Part shown: positions 13,490 through 25,532 of the stretch, piece after piece
Numbering within the stretch: the first letter of the stretch is position 1
How the letters are laid out: the number at the start of each line of letters is the position of its first letter
NCBI RefSeq assembly: GCF_018977255.1
Contig: NW_024704742.1
Coordinates: 70,868,001 to 70,932,000 of the forward strand
Source: Callorhinchus milii
Taxonomy: Eukaryota
Reading direction: 5' to 3'
Length of the DNA: 64,000 nucleotides
Notes under the pieces: model-generated
Told to the model about the DNA's origin: nothing
Database searches by the model: none
The model's input: the letters and a program-made list of their open reading frames with translations, nothing else
Position numbers and translations under genes: made by a program

Positions 13490-13892
13490 AATAACAATAA
13501 GCCCTGCAATTGATATAGCAATGTATCACGCCGTTGAGATGTCTAGGGCACCGGATATACTATAAAGTGGAGTGACAGTATATTTTGTGGGTGAAACACG
13601 GCAGCCAATTGCACACTGGAGTGTTCCAAAAACAGTCATGAAGTGAGTGATTAATTTTACCTGGAGAATTGTTGGCCAGGACACCAGGAGAGAGAGACTC
13701 CCTTCTCTTTTGGGATCTATAGCATCCACCTGAACAGGGACCTCGGTTTAATGTCTCATTGGACAAAGGGCTTCTCCATCAATGCAGTGATTCCCCAATA
13801 TTGTGTGTGAACTGAAGCTCTAGAGGTGTGGGGCTTGAACCCACAAACTTCTGACTCAGAAGTGAGAGTGCTAGCAACTGAGCCCGGCTAGC
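13490..13892 (-). mobile_element. SINE family B (Deu-type)
   Basis: Reverse-complement match to the family. Confidence 0.75.
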
Positions 13893-14924
13893 ACACAAAG
13901 CTTTTCAGACAAAAAATGGTCTCAAAGTTGAGACGGGTGACATTTCGGTTCTTGATCTCTCTTTCTCTCTATGGAATGGAGATTGCTTTAAGTTTATTAA
14001 TAATAATCCTTGCATTTGATATAGCACCCTGTCACATCATTGAGACGTCTCAAAGCGCTTCACAGAATATACTGTAAAGTGAATTCACTGTATATTTTGT
14101 GGGCAAAACACAACAGCCAATTACACACAGCAGTGTCCCACAAACAGCCATGGAGTGAGTGACCAATTTTATTTGGGTGGATTGTTGGTCAGGATAATAA
14201 TAATAAAAATAATAATAATAATCCTTATATCTTATATAGCGCCTTATCAAGTCGTCGAGACCTCTGAAAGGGCTTCACAGGATTTACTGTAAATTGCAGT
14301 GACTGTGTATTTTATGGGCGAAAATAACAGCCAGTTTTATATTTTTGTTTTAAAATTAAAGTATTTGCCTATTTTTTTCAACCAGTCGTTTTGAAACAGA
14401 GTTGATAATGAAAATGCAAAGTTTGCTGTGTGTGGGAGATGATTCGATGGGGAAAGGGTTAATCGCTATTGCAACGAAAAATACTTTTGAGGTTTGGTTT
14501 TGGGCAATTGAGTGTATGAAAGGCGATCTGTTTTTCTGGAGAGAATGAGGAGGAAGGAAAATGAGGACAGAAGACTGGGAGAGGAACAGAGAGAGAGAGA
14601 GAGAGAGGGTGAGAAGAGGAAACGAAGAGGTGGAGGGGAGAGAAAGAGAAACATCAAACGAAGAAACTGAAAGTGACTGGACCGTGAGAAGGTAGAGAGA
14701 GAGAGAGAGAGAGAGAGAACGAGAAACAATGGGGGAGAGAGTAACACACACACACAGATGCACCGAGAAAGACGAGCAGTTAAAAAGAAATAGAAATATA
14801 TATAGAGAGAAATGAGAAATAGACCGAGAGACACACACACATATGTCGAGAGAGATAGAGAGAAATATGCACAGAGAGAAACAGAGAGAGAGATAGAGAG
14901 AAAACGCGGACAAATAGGGGCATG

Positions 14925-14956
<32 letters not shown>

Positions 14957-15024
14957 TGGGGGGGCAGAAAATGGCTTAAAAAGTACAGACAGAACTGTGC
15001 GCTTTTAAAATCATTCTCTGAAAT

Positions 15025-16195
15025 ATGTTTGTCTGTCGGTCTTTCAATCTGAGTCTGCATGTCTGTACATATGTATCTATGTATCTGTGTCTAGTTCTAC
15101 TTGTATGTATGTGTCTATCTATACCTGTCTATGTAAGTGTCTATCTGTCTATTTGTCTCGATGTCTGTCTACGTATGTATCTGTCTGTTTATCCCTCTGT
15201 CTATGTATGTGTTTATCTATGTGTCTGTCTATGTATGTGACTGTCTGTCTATGTATGTCTGTCTATGTATGTGACTGTCTGTCTATGTATGTCTGTCTAT
15301 GTATGTGACTGTCTGTCTATGTATGTCTGTCTATGTAAGTGTCTGTCTGTGTATGTGTCTGACTGTGTATGTGTCTGTCTGTCTGAGTATGTATCTGTCT
15401 GTCTGTGTATGTTTCTGTATGTATGTATCTGTCTGTCTGTGTATGTGTCTGTCTATGTATGTGTCTGTCTGTCTATGTATGTGTCTGTCTGTCTATGTAT
15501 GTGTCTGTCTGTGTATGTGTCTGTCTATGTATGTGTCTGTCTGTCTGAGTATGTATCTGTCTGTCTGTGTATGTGTCTGTCTGTATATGTGTCTGTCTGT
15601 ATGTGTCTATGTATGTGTCTGTCTGTCTATGTATGTATCTGCCTGTCTGTGTATGTGTCTGTCTATCTGTGTATGTGTCCGCCTGTCTATGTATTTGTCT
15701 GTCTGTCTGTGTATGTGTCTGTCTGTCTGTGTATGTGTCTGTCTGACTGTGTATGTGTCTGTCTGTGTATATGTCTGTCTGTCTGTCTATGTATGTGTCT
15801 GTCTGTCTATGTGTCTGTCTGTATGTGTCTATGTATGTGTCTGTCTGTCTATGTATGTATCTGCCTGTCTATGTATGTGTCTGTCTGTGTATACGTCTGT
15901 CTATGTATGCGTCTGTCTATGTATGTGTCTATCTGTCTGTATGTATCTGTCTGTCTGTGTATGTGTCTGTCTGTCTGTCTGTGTATGTGTCTGTCTGTCT
16001 GTCTGTCTGTGTATGTGTCTGTCTGTCTGTCTATGCATGTGTCTGCCTGTCTGTCTATGCATGTGTCTGCCTGTCTGTCTATGCATGTGTCTGCCTATGT
16101 ATTTGTCTGTATGTCTGTGTATGCGTCTGTCTGTCTGTGTATGTGTCTGTCTGCCTGTCTATGTATGTGTCTGTCTGTGTATGTGTCTGTCTGTA
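15025..16195. repeat. Compound (TGTC/TATG/TGTG)n simple repeat
   Basis: Directly visible. Confidence 0.95.
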
Positions 16196-16767
16196 CTGTA
16201 TTTCACTGTCTAACTATTTCCCCCAGTAATGTCACAGTAATGACAGCTCCGGGGATCCTATTAGCACAGTTACAGGGGCTGTGGTTACCTACACCCCCCC
16301 CCCCCCCACCCCCCCACCCCCCCACCCCCCCCCCCCCCCCCCCCCCACCCCAACCCCAACCCCTGGCAGAGAGCGCGCTCCCCAGGTCAGCAACCTGAGC
16401 AGAGTTAGTGCCCAGCTCCTGTTCCTGGGATGGAAGAGAGACACACACAGAGAAAAAGTTTTCCTTAAAAAAAACTGGGAGAAACAGAGACAGAGAGAGA
16501 GAGAAACACAGTAGAGAGAGGGAAAGAAAAAAAAACAGGCAAAGAGAGAGAGAAACTGGCAAATAAAAGGAAATGAGAAATATGCAGAGAGAGATATTGC
16601 TGCACTCTCTCTCTCTCTTGTGTGTGTGTCTGTCTCTCTGTGTCTCTCTGTCTCTGTGGTGTGTGTGTCTCTATCTCTGTCTGAAGAGATCTCCCCATCT
16701 CTCTCCTTATTTCTCTCGGTCCCTGTCTCTCTCTCTCTGTATCTCTCTCACAATCTCTTTTTCAGTC

Positions 16768-16800
<33 letters not shown>

Positions 16801-17064
16801 GTCTCTGTTTCTCCCATTTTTTTTAAGGAAAACTTTTGAAACTCTTTTTTTCCGTCTTTGAAAAGTTGTAAAAGTTTGCAAAAGTTGTCTCTAATGCAAA
16901 TAAAAGCTCTGCCTTCATGTTTCTCTCCCCATCGAGTTGAGGACATGCCATGATCATGCATTGTTGCAGGGGGTCGTTTTGCTTTTTTCTCCACAAAACG
17001 CCAGAGGGATTCCTGGCTGTGGGAATAGAGAATATGTCTCTCAGCTCCACCACCACCCTGCTCC

Positions 17065-17806
17065 AGAGAGAGGGTAAAGGGACCATAGAGAGAGAGAAAG
17101 GGGGAGAGAGAGAATGAGAGAGAGAGAGAGAGAGAGAGAGGGAGAAGAAGAAGAAGAAGAAGAAGAGGCAGGAAAGAGATTGAGAGAAGAAAGGATCAGT
17201 GAAGAGACTGGGAGGAGAGAGAGCAAATAGAGTGAGGTGTGTGGGTGTGTGTGTGGGTGGGGGGGGGGGGAGATAGAAAGAATAAGAAATAGGAGAGAGA
17301 AGAAGGGGGTTAGGAGAGAGACAGGGAAAGAGAGAAGGGGAGAATAGCAAATACAGAGACAGAAGGGGAGAATAGGAGAGAGAGAGAGAGGGGTGCATAC
17401 AGATGGGAGAGAGATAGAGAGAACATGCACAGAGAGAGAGAGAGGGAGAGAGGAAAAAGAGAGAGCAAATAGGCAGAGAGAGAGAGAAAGAACAAAAACG
17501 GGGAAGAGAGAAAAACTGGAGGATAAAAGGGAATGGGAAATAGTCTGAGACAGAGAGAGAGATCCAGGCAGTGAAAGAGAGATCCAACCAAGGAACGCGA
17601 GAGAGAGATCGGGAAAAGGGAGAGAAAGAGAGAAACAAACAGAGTGAGAGAGAAAGAGAAAGGTGCAGAGATAGAGTTACAGGGAAAGAAAGAAAAACAC
17701 AGGTCGGGAGAGAGAGAGAGAGAGAGAGAGAGTAGAGAAGAGACAGACAGAAACCGACAAAGAGAGACAGAAAAAGAATCAGAGAAAGAAAGAATGAGAA
17801 AAACGC

Positions 17807-17843
<37 letters not shown>

Positions 17844-17880
17844 AAATAACAAGGAACGAAAGAGCGAAAGAGAGGAGAAG
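17065..17880. repeat. Purine-rich (GA)n low-complexity tract
   Basis: Directly visible. Confidence 0.9.
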
Positions 17881-20530
17881 GCCCTAAGAGAATATGCGGT
17901 GCGAATCGGGAGAATTTAAGCGGATTATAGCGTATGAAACTGCGATTCGGTGAATTAATGTTCATTTCCTCGTTGACAACGTGTCCCGGTCCATCCCTGG
18001 CCATCCCCGGGCTGTCTGACACACTGCACAGCCCACAGCAGTGTCGGGGGCTCTCAATGCCTTAATCCCTCAGCACCAGATGCAAACACATCATTTATTA
18101 TTTCCGAATGATAACCATTAGTCATTTTGAGCAATAATATTTAATGACTGGTTTCATCCCGGACTGAGGTTTGCAGGACAGAGAGAGGGTTTGCAGAGGC
18201 ACATTACCAGGTGCGGTGCTAACATTTTGAGATTATAAACTGGATTGTGTTTTGTAATCTAAAGAAATGCAGATCAGAGGGAGAACAGGAATACATCCAT
18301 CTGTTTTTTTATATATATATATATATCGCAAATCAAATGTGTTCGTTGCTGTTATTTATTCGATATAGGTTATTTTCAATATTTTGACTGGGTGTTTGTC
18401 ACCTTTCCATTTGCAACACTTGCAAAGTTTGCAGCCAATTATTTACCATCACCATCATTTATTTTCACAATTAAAAAATATGTGTTGCGATATGTTGACG
18501 AGAACGTACACCGAGTTTACAATTCGAAGCATCATTTCCTATTCTTTTTTTCATGCAATACTAAAATGATAAACATTACGAGTTTTTTTTTTCCAGATGT
18601 TGAATTTTATTTTTTTCTAAGTTTACAAAGTGATTGAATTCATTTTACAATAATATTAATAATAACAATAATCGTGTTTGTTTTTGATATATTGCTCTTT
18701 ATATATATTCCCGATGGTTACAGATTTATTGTATTAATTGTATTACTCATTAAGGATTATAATAATTGTTTCTTTTTACGCTCATTTGATTTTTTTAAAA
18801 AAAATGTTGATCATCTATTTTCCTAAATTAACTGTTTTTTAAAAATATTTTGTTTACGGGTTTGCCAATTTTAGAAATTAATTGCATTAATTAATTACCT
18901 TTCAGAATTTTATGATGATAATAATTGCTTATTTTGACAATGTGATCTTACGTTCATTGATCTTACAATTTGATTGCGTTAAATTGTTTAGTTTGTTTTC
19001 GAATAATTGAGTTTTTAGAATGTCGATTACATATAAATAACAATAAAGTATTATTTATTACATCTATTAAATTGTTTAGTTTGTTTTAGAGTAATTGTGT
19101 TTTTAAAATGTTGATTACATAATATCGGTTTACAAACGAGTTGTGTTTCTCAGTTTCCGTATTCACCAAAAAATATATTTTTTAATTGTGATAGAATTAC
19201 TGCATTTACGTTGTATTTACTTATAATCATATCCATTTGATAACTTTTTGCAAATCAAATGTGTTAATTACTGTTATTTATCGTATATCTGTTATTTTAA
19301 ATATTTTGACTGTGTGTGTGCAACATTTCGACTTGCAACTATAACAAATTATTTACCATCATCATTATTTATTTTCGCAAATAAAAAATATATATTTGTA
19401 ATAATATTTCGACTGGCACGTTCACTGGGTTTACAATTTAAACCGCGTGTGTTATTATTAGTATGGCATCAGTTTGATATTTTATGTTCCAGCTTCCTAT
19501 AATCATTAACCTTGAAAAGTGATGCATTTTATATAATGTCGTCTTGTTTTGCGATTGATTCAGGCTCACAATTATCCAGAGAGAGTTAAGAGCGTAGAAC
19601 GCAGGTTTTGATGGCAATGAAATACATATATAAATAAATGTGTTTTGTAACCTATTCGGCTGCAATTTAAATTAAACAGCGTGTCGTATCTCACACAGAG
19701 ATACAGACGGGTTAAATGCATCGAACTTTACATCTGTTTTATTTTATTTGGTCCCTTGTATTCCATTCCCTTAATGCAGAAGTTATTTTGAACGATTCAT
19801 TTCAGATCTTAGCAAGTTGAATCTTGGGTGCAGTTTACAAAACATTCCTGATTGTTAAGAAAATGCATTGGAAATCTTCCTGTTAAATCATATTAAACTG
19901 GGGTCGTTTCCAATTGGATCTCTTGCAACCAATTTACCTGACTTCCCGTTGTTGTTTTGAGTTTTTCCAAGTCATTTTTTTTTCTTAAATGAAATATGTA
20001 AACAATCCAAAATAAGACAAAAAATACTGATTTCGCTTCAGTTGTCTGACCTACAATTAAGAGTCATTTTTATTTCTGATCTTTATATATCTGACGACTA
20101 AATAGGAAGTTTGTGCTTTATCTGTAAAGGCGTTGTGTACAGTGTTAATACTAATAAAATGATCATTGCGTTGGATACAGCGCCTTATCACGTCTTAGAG
20201 ACGTCTCAAAGCGCTTCACAGAATATACTGTAAAGTGTATTGACTGTATATGAATGAATGTGAGTTATAGCTAATATTATCAATGATAATCATAACAAGT
20301 GGGACTTTTTATCCCCGTGTTTCTCTGTGGGGAGACAGTTTGTCATTGGTAAGGGTTAAATTCAGCAACTTGGGGCGAAATTTCTCCTTCACCAAATCGT
20401 TTTAGATGCAGTTTTCTGTTCTCAAACGGAGAGTTGACACGAAGGAACTTTTATTTAATAACAATAATAATAATAACAACAGTATCAAAGAGATTGCTAC
20501 CCGTGGCTCAGAAATACAGGTAATGGGGGG

Positions 20531-20595
<65 letters not shown>

Positions 20596-20596
20596 A

Positions 20597-20661
<65 letters not shown>

Positions 20662-20735
20662 AACACAGACAGAAACACAGACAGAAACACAGACAGAAAC
20701 ACAGACAGAAACACAGACAGACAGAAACACAGAGA
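20531..20735. repeat. (ACAG)n and (ACAGAAACACAG)n microsatellite
   Basis: Directly visible. Confidence 0.95.
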
Positions 20736-21059
20736 GGAATTGAGAGCGCCCAATTGGAAAGGATCGGTGGAGAGAGGAGAGTTGACCACTAAAACGTTCA
20801 CTTAAAATAATTGCCTGTTATAATAATGATAAATATACGTTATTATTATAGGAAACATATCGATCATTTCCTGTAACAATAATAATAATAAACGTCCTAC
20901 TATTATAGGAAATGTATAGCAAATTGATTTACATTGTCACATATGTTCGCATTCAATTTGTAGATCGATATATTTCGTATAATAGTGATATTATTATTCT
21001 GATAAGAAATGTCTTATAGGAAATATATAATAGTTCCTACGATATACCATAGCTCATAT

Positions 21060-21292
21060 AAGCATTGATGCAACGAGGCCTGTTAACAAGACTGATGGTT
21101 TGGCAACATATCTGGTGAAAAATATAAACCTCTTACAGAAAGTAGAGGTATTTTAGGAAGTTCAGACATAAGAAAAGTAATATCAATTGCTGTGTAACGT
21201 GGCAGTGTTACTGCCCTGACCGACCGTCCCGGAAAACCATCAACACCCACCTCCACAGAGTGATATAAACCGTGATAACCTAACAGTAATAT
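21060..21292 (+). mobile_element. Second, shorter copy of the R4-like 3' end
   Basis: Shares AGGCCTGTTAA, TATTTTAGGAAGTTCAGAC, TGTAACGTGGCAGTGTTA and GAAAACCA with 7280-7510. Confidence 0.65.
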
Positions 21293-22324
21293 TCCCATTG
21301 TAGGTACATCTCTCCCTCAGCCCCAAAGGATTCCGCTGTGGGAAACAAACTGAACGCACATTCAGCAGCGAAGGTTGAAGCGGATTTTAGCGGAACAACT
21401 TCGAAACTTGCAATAAAACAGCGCAAATTCATCGCAATCAGAAATGACGGCGTTCCCTCTGCCCCCAGTTCTGTTTCTGAGTTTGGTGGATTGTTATACA
21501 AGGATCCGATCTATATTTATTATATATGTGTATGTGAGACGTCCTCCTGACTATATAAATGCCATTTGTTACATTTACTGCAAGATTCAATATCATCTCA
21601 ATCCATTGTTATATAAAATATGGAAATATATGGAAATATTTTATGCTCAGTAAAATATACGAGTTTTAAAAAATATATTTATTGCACTCATCTATAAATA
21701 TGCGCCTGCTTTTATATATAATGTTTTGTACGTGTGCTGTTATAAAGCAATTATCCTTGTATTTGATTTAAAGTCTTATCACTCTTCCAAACGTCTCAAA
21801 GTCTTTTACAGGATTAAACTGTGTTTTTGTAGGCGAATGTAATATATAAATTATAAATATTCTATTAATATTATTGTTATCTCTGAAGCCCTTTGAGGCG
21901 TCTCAGTGTCGTGATAAGGCGTTATATCAAATACAAAGATTGTCATTATAAAATAGACTATAAAATACATAAATATGTATTCTACACCTGTTTCCATACC
22001 CTGTCGCTCTATATAAAACGATAGGATATATGCTTATGTGCTATACTATTTAGATGCAAGATATTGATTCCATCTATAAGTGGGTTTCACTTTATATAAC
22101 AAATTAATTTTAAAAATCCTTGCATTTGATATAGCGCCTTATCACGTTGTTCAGACGTCTCAAAGCGCTTCACATGATATACTGAAAAATGAATTGACTA
22201 TATATTTTGTGAGCGAAATATACAAATTAAATAAAAAATATGTAGAAACCCAAACTGTCCTCTGTAAAGTTATGTATTTATATTACAAGGAAAGGCGAAA
22301 TGTCCCTTTTTAAAGGTACTATTT

Positions 22325-22822
22325 GTGTTTGGGTTTGAGGGGGTGTGAGGAGGGGGTCTGAGGAGGGGAGTGAGGGGGTGTGAGGGGGTGTGAAGGGGTG
22401 AGTAGGGATTTGTGAGGGAGTGAGGGGTTGTGAGGGGGTGAGGGGTTGTGAAGGGATGAGTGGGGGTGAGGGGGTGTGAGTGGGTGAGGGGGGTATGAGG
22501 GGGTGAGGTGGTGTGAGGGTGTGTGTGAGGGTGTGGGGTATGGTGAGGGGGTGAGGGGGTATGGTGGTGGGGTGAGGGGGTATGGTGGTGGGGTGAGGGG
22601 GGGTTTTGGGGGGTGGTGGGGGTGAGGGGGTGTGAGGGGTGTGGTGGTGGGGTGTGAGGGGTGTGGTGGTGGGGTGTGAGGGGGGTGAGGTGGTGGGGGT
22701 GTGAGGGGGTGTGGTGGTGGGGTGTGAGGGGGTGTGAAGGGGGTGGGGACGTGAGGGGGTGTGAGGGGGGGTGTGAGGGTGTGTGTGGGGGGATGTGAGG
22801 GGGGGTGTGAGGGGGTGTGAGG
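22325..22822. repeat. G-rich degenerate (GAGGGGGTGT)-like tandem repeat
   Basis: Directly visible; very few C on the + strand. Confidence 0.92.
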
Positions 22823-24079
22823 TTCCCCCCCACCCCTCAACCCCGACACCCCCCTCTCAAAAATGGATAATATAATAACAACCACAAAAAAACAGTTTTT
22901 GCAAAACACTGGTTAAATACAGATATTACTCCTCACTGTATAAAAGGTTAATACAATCGTTCCATTTAAAAAATATTAGCAATTAAATAAAAGACGGATC
23001 TGGTTTAAAAAAAAGGCACTGGAATAAAAAGTGACATATTTAAAAAATCCTTAAGCAAACGCAAAGCTATTAATAATCTCTCCCCAACCACAGAGAGAGA
23101 GAGAGAGATAAAATAGCTAAACCTCTCATTATGATAATAATCCCCCTTTGTAATTGGCAGTTTAATGTGGTTGGAAACTAATTGTTGGGTTTCTAGACGT
23201 CAGGAACATCAAATGATATTTATTTAACGATGTAGTTCTGTAGGAAACGACAATTGATAGATTCGTAAAATGAACTAGATTCGATGTGAATTAGATCACT
23301 GCTGCACTCACCCAGCCTGTCACACTGCGGAGATGGGCAAACCATTTGCACAGTTTTTTCCTACATGCACTTATTTACAATGCTAATAATTACACTGGAT
23401 ATCTCCTGCTTTTTCAAAACCTCTCACATCCACCGCTTCTGAAAGCTGAGGCATGAGGTTAGCAATTAAAAGCACGTTTTGGGCTAAAAAATGGGAAGCG
23501 TCCCATTTGCTCTCTCTCTCTCCCCCCATCCCCACCCCCCCACCCCCACCCCCCCCATCATCTCAATTATTTAAGATACGCGTTTCTTTGCTAACACGTT
23601 GCATAAATTCTGCATCAACATCCAACATAACTAATCTCTCTCTCTCTCTCTCTCTTTCTCTCTGCATATACATACATATAATATACAGGTGAGCGTAGAT
23701 TGCAAATTAATGATTTGCGACATGAAGTCGAAATTATTTTGTGCGCATTTTTTAAATAAAAGCATTTGAAAAATTTAAAAATTGCAGCTTTCTATATCTT
23801 TCTGTGCGTGTGTGTGTGTATGTGTGTGTGTGCAGATTGTAAAATGATTGTCTGCCTGAATTATTTCGTGTGCAATTTTTAATCTCATGCAACCATTCAC
23901 AAACATAAAAATTGCAGTTCTTAAATGAATGCCTAATGAAAAGCGCGGCGTGTCGGTGTTATTTTTGGACCGTCCCTGTGTTTTTATTGCACACCATTTT
24001 TCTTCTTTATTGATCTCTCTCTCTCCCCCTCTCTCTCTGTGTAGTTTTTTTTTGCTAAAATCGAGGTCCAGTGTCTGAG

Positions 24080-24310
24080 CAACGCCTGTCAATCAAAGGC
24101 AGCCAAGCCGCTCTGAGCCAATCAGGATCCAGATGCCGCGATTGGCGGGCGAATAGGGCGGAGGCAAAGTTATGAATGGGACCGGCGGCGGCCGCGCTGA
24201 TTGAGGGATCCGTGTGTCCGTCAAAGGTGCGCTCCAATCAGCGTGGAGGGGGCGGGACGGATGATGCGTCCCAGGGCGAGCTGTCAATCACGCAGCCCAA
24301 TCCCGCAGTT
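24080..24310 (+). promoter_or_regulatory. TLX promoter: CpG-rich, with CCAAT boxes, PBX-PREP/MEIS decamers and a GC box
   Basis: CTGTCAATCA (reverse complement of TGATTGACAG) at 24086-24095 and 24281-24290. CCAAT at 24118, 24234 and 24297; ATTGG at 24141; GGGGCGGG near 24248. Lies 0.5-0.7 kb upstream of the ATG. Confidence 0.75.
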
Positions 24311-24797
24311 ACCTGCAGAAAGTCGAATGCAACGTGGAAGGGGAGAACTGCTGTCTTAATGTTATTTTTTTTTTACAAAAAAAACGCGTGTCTGTGCGTG
24401 TGCGTACATAAACATATATTTTATTTATTGACCCAGCTGGCGAGGGCGGAGAGCAGTCATTTTGAGGAGCGTGGGTTTACATTTTTTTGTGGTTTTCTCA
24501 CACACACGCGCACATATAACACATTTTTTTTTCTAAAAAAATGCAAGAAATGTTGTAAAGATTGCAATAAAACAAGCACTCCGCATTTTGGAACAGAGGA
24601 AGGAACAAAAGAAGGAAAATAAAAAAGAACGAAAGAAGGACGCGTCAGGTAACTATTTGGTGGGAGTTTCTGTCAACCCGTCTACCAACTCCACACACAC
24701 TCATACTAAAAACTCAACCACACATTTAACAAATTGAAGACAAGGCAAACAAGAGAGAAGAAGATAAAACTGAAGCAGCCGAGAGAGTGAGAGAGAC

Positions 24798-25251
24798 ATG
24801 GAGCATCATGCATCGATGGAGCAAATCAGCCAAACTCACCCTCAACACGAACCCATCAGCTTCGGTATCGACCAGATCTTGAACACCAGCGACCCTGGCT
24901 GTTGCATGCACCCGGGTCAGAGAGCTCCTGAGACGGATTACCACTTTGGGACGCACCCCTATGGCTCTCATGCCAATACCCACTGCATTAACTCCTATGG
25001 CAGTAACGCTTGTGGCATGGCTGGGCTGCCGAGTTCCTTCAACGTTAACATGAGCATTAATATGAATGTGAATATGAACGCTGGCTCTGGGGTTATCAGA
25101 GTGCCGGCACACAGACCCATGCCCCCACCCCCTCCCCTCTCGGCTGGGATGCCCACTGTGCCCAGTATGACTAGCAGTCTGGCCAACTTGTCCACTGTAA
25201 CCTTCCCCTGGATGGAGAACAGCAGGCGCTTCGCCAAAGACAGGCTAACAG
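24798..25251 (+). CDS. TLX2: TLX/HOX11 homeobox gene, coding exon 1 (probably TLX2)
   Basis: ATG at 24798. Encodes MEHHASMEQISQTHPQHEPISFGIDQIL (eh1/TN motif), GVIRVPAHRP and the FPWME hexapeptide, ending RRFAKDRLT. Phase-1 donor G|GTGAGT at 25251/25252. Family is secure; the paralog call is less so. Confidence 0.93.
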
Positions 25252-25261
25252 GTGAGTCTTG

Positions 25262-25457
25262 TGTGGATGTGTGTGTGTGTCTGTGTGTATATGTATATGT
25301 ATGTCTGTGCGTGTGTATATATACATGTGTGTGTATACATGTGTATGTGTTTATACATGTGTGTATGTATATATGTATGTGTGTATATATATGTGTATAT
25401 GTATATATATGTGTGTGTGTATATATATATATGTATGCGTATATATATGTGTGTATG

Positions 25458-25488
<31 letters not shown>

Positions 25489-25532
25489 ATATATATGTGT
25501 GTGTGTATATATATATATGTATGTGTGTGCGT
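25262..25532. repeat. (TG/TA)n microsatellite at the start of TLX intron 1
   Basis: Directly visible; extends the exon-1 ORF artificially. Confidence 0.95.

Noticed and set aside
14356..18022. Long ORFs of 234, 377, 304 and 399 aa
   Set aside because: Translations of simple repeats and GA/CT tracts.
18879..18889. TAATTGCATTA P3 palindrome
   Set aside because: Lies in extremely AT-rich sequence where such matches are expected by chance.
22270..22909. Pro/His/Thr-rich ORFs on the minus strand
   Set aside because: Product of the G-rich tandem repeat; no splice or homology support.
24646..24654. CAG|GTAACT possible donor in the TLX 5' UTR
   Set aside because: No pyrimidine-rich acceptor before the ATG; cannot be supported without transcript data.
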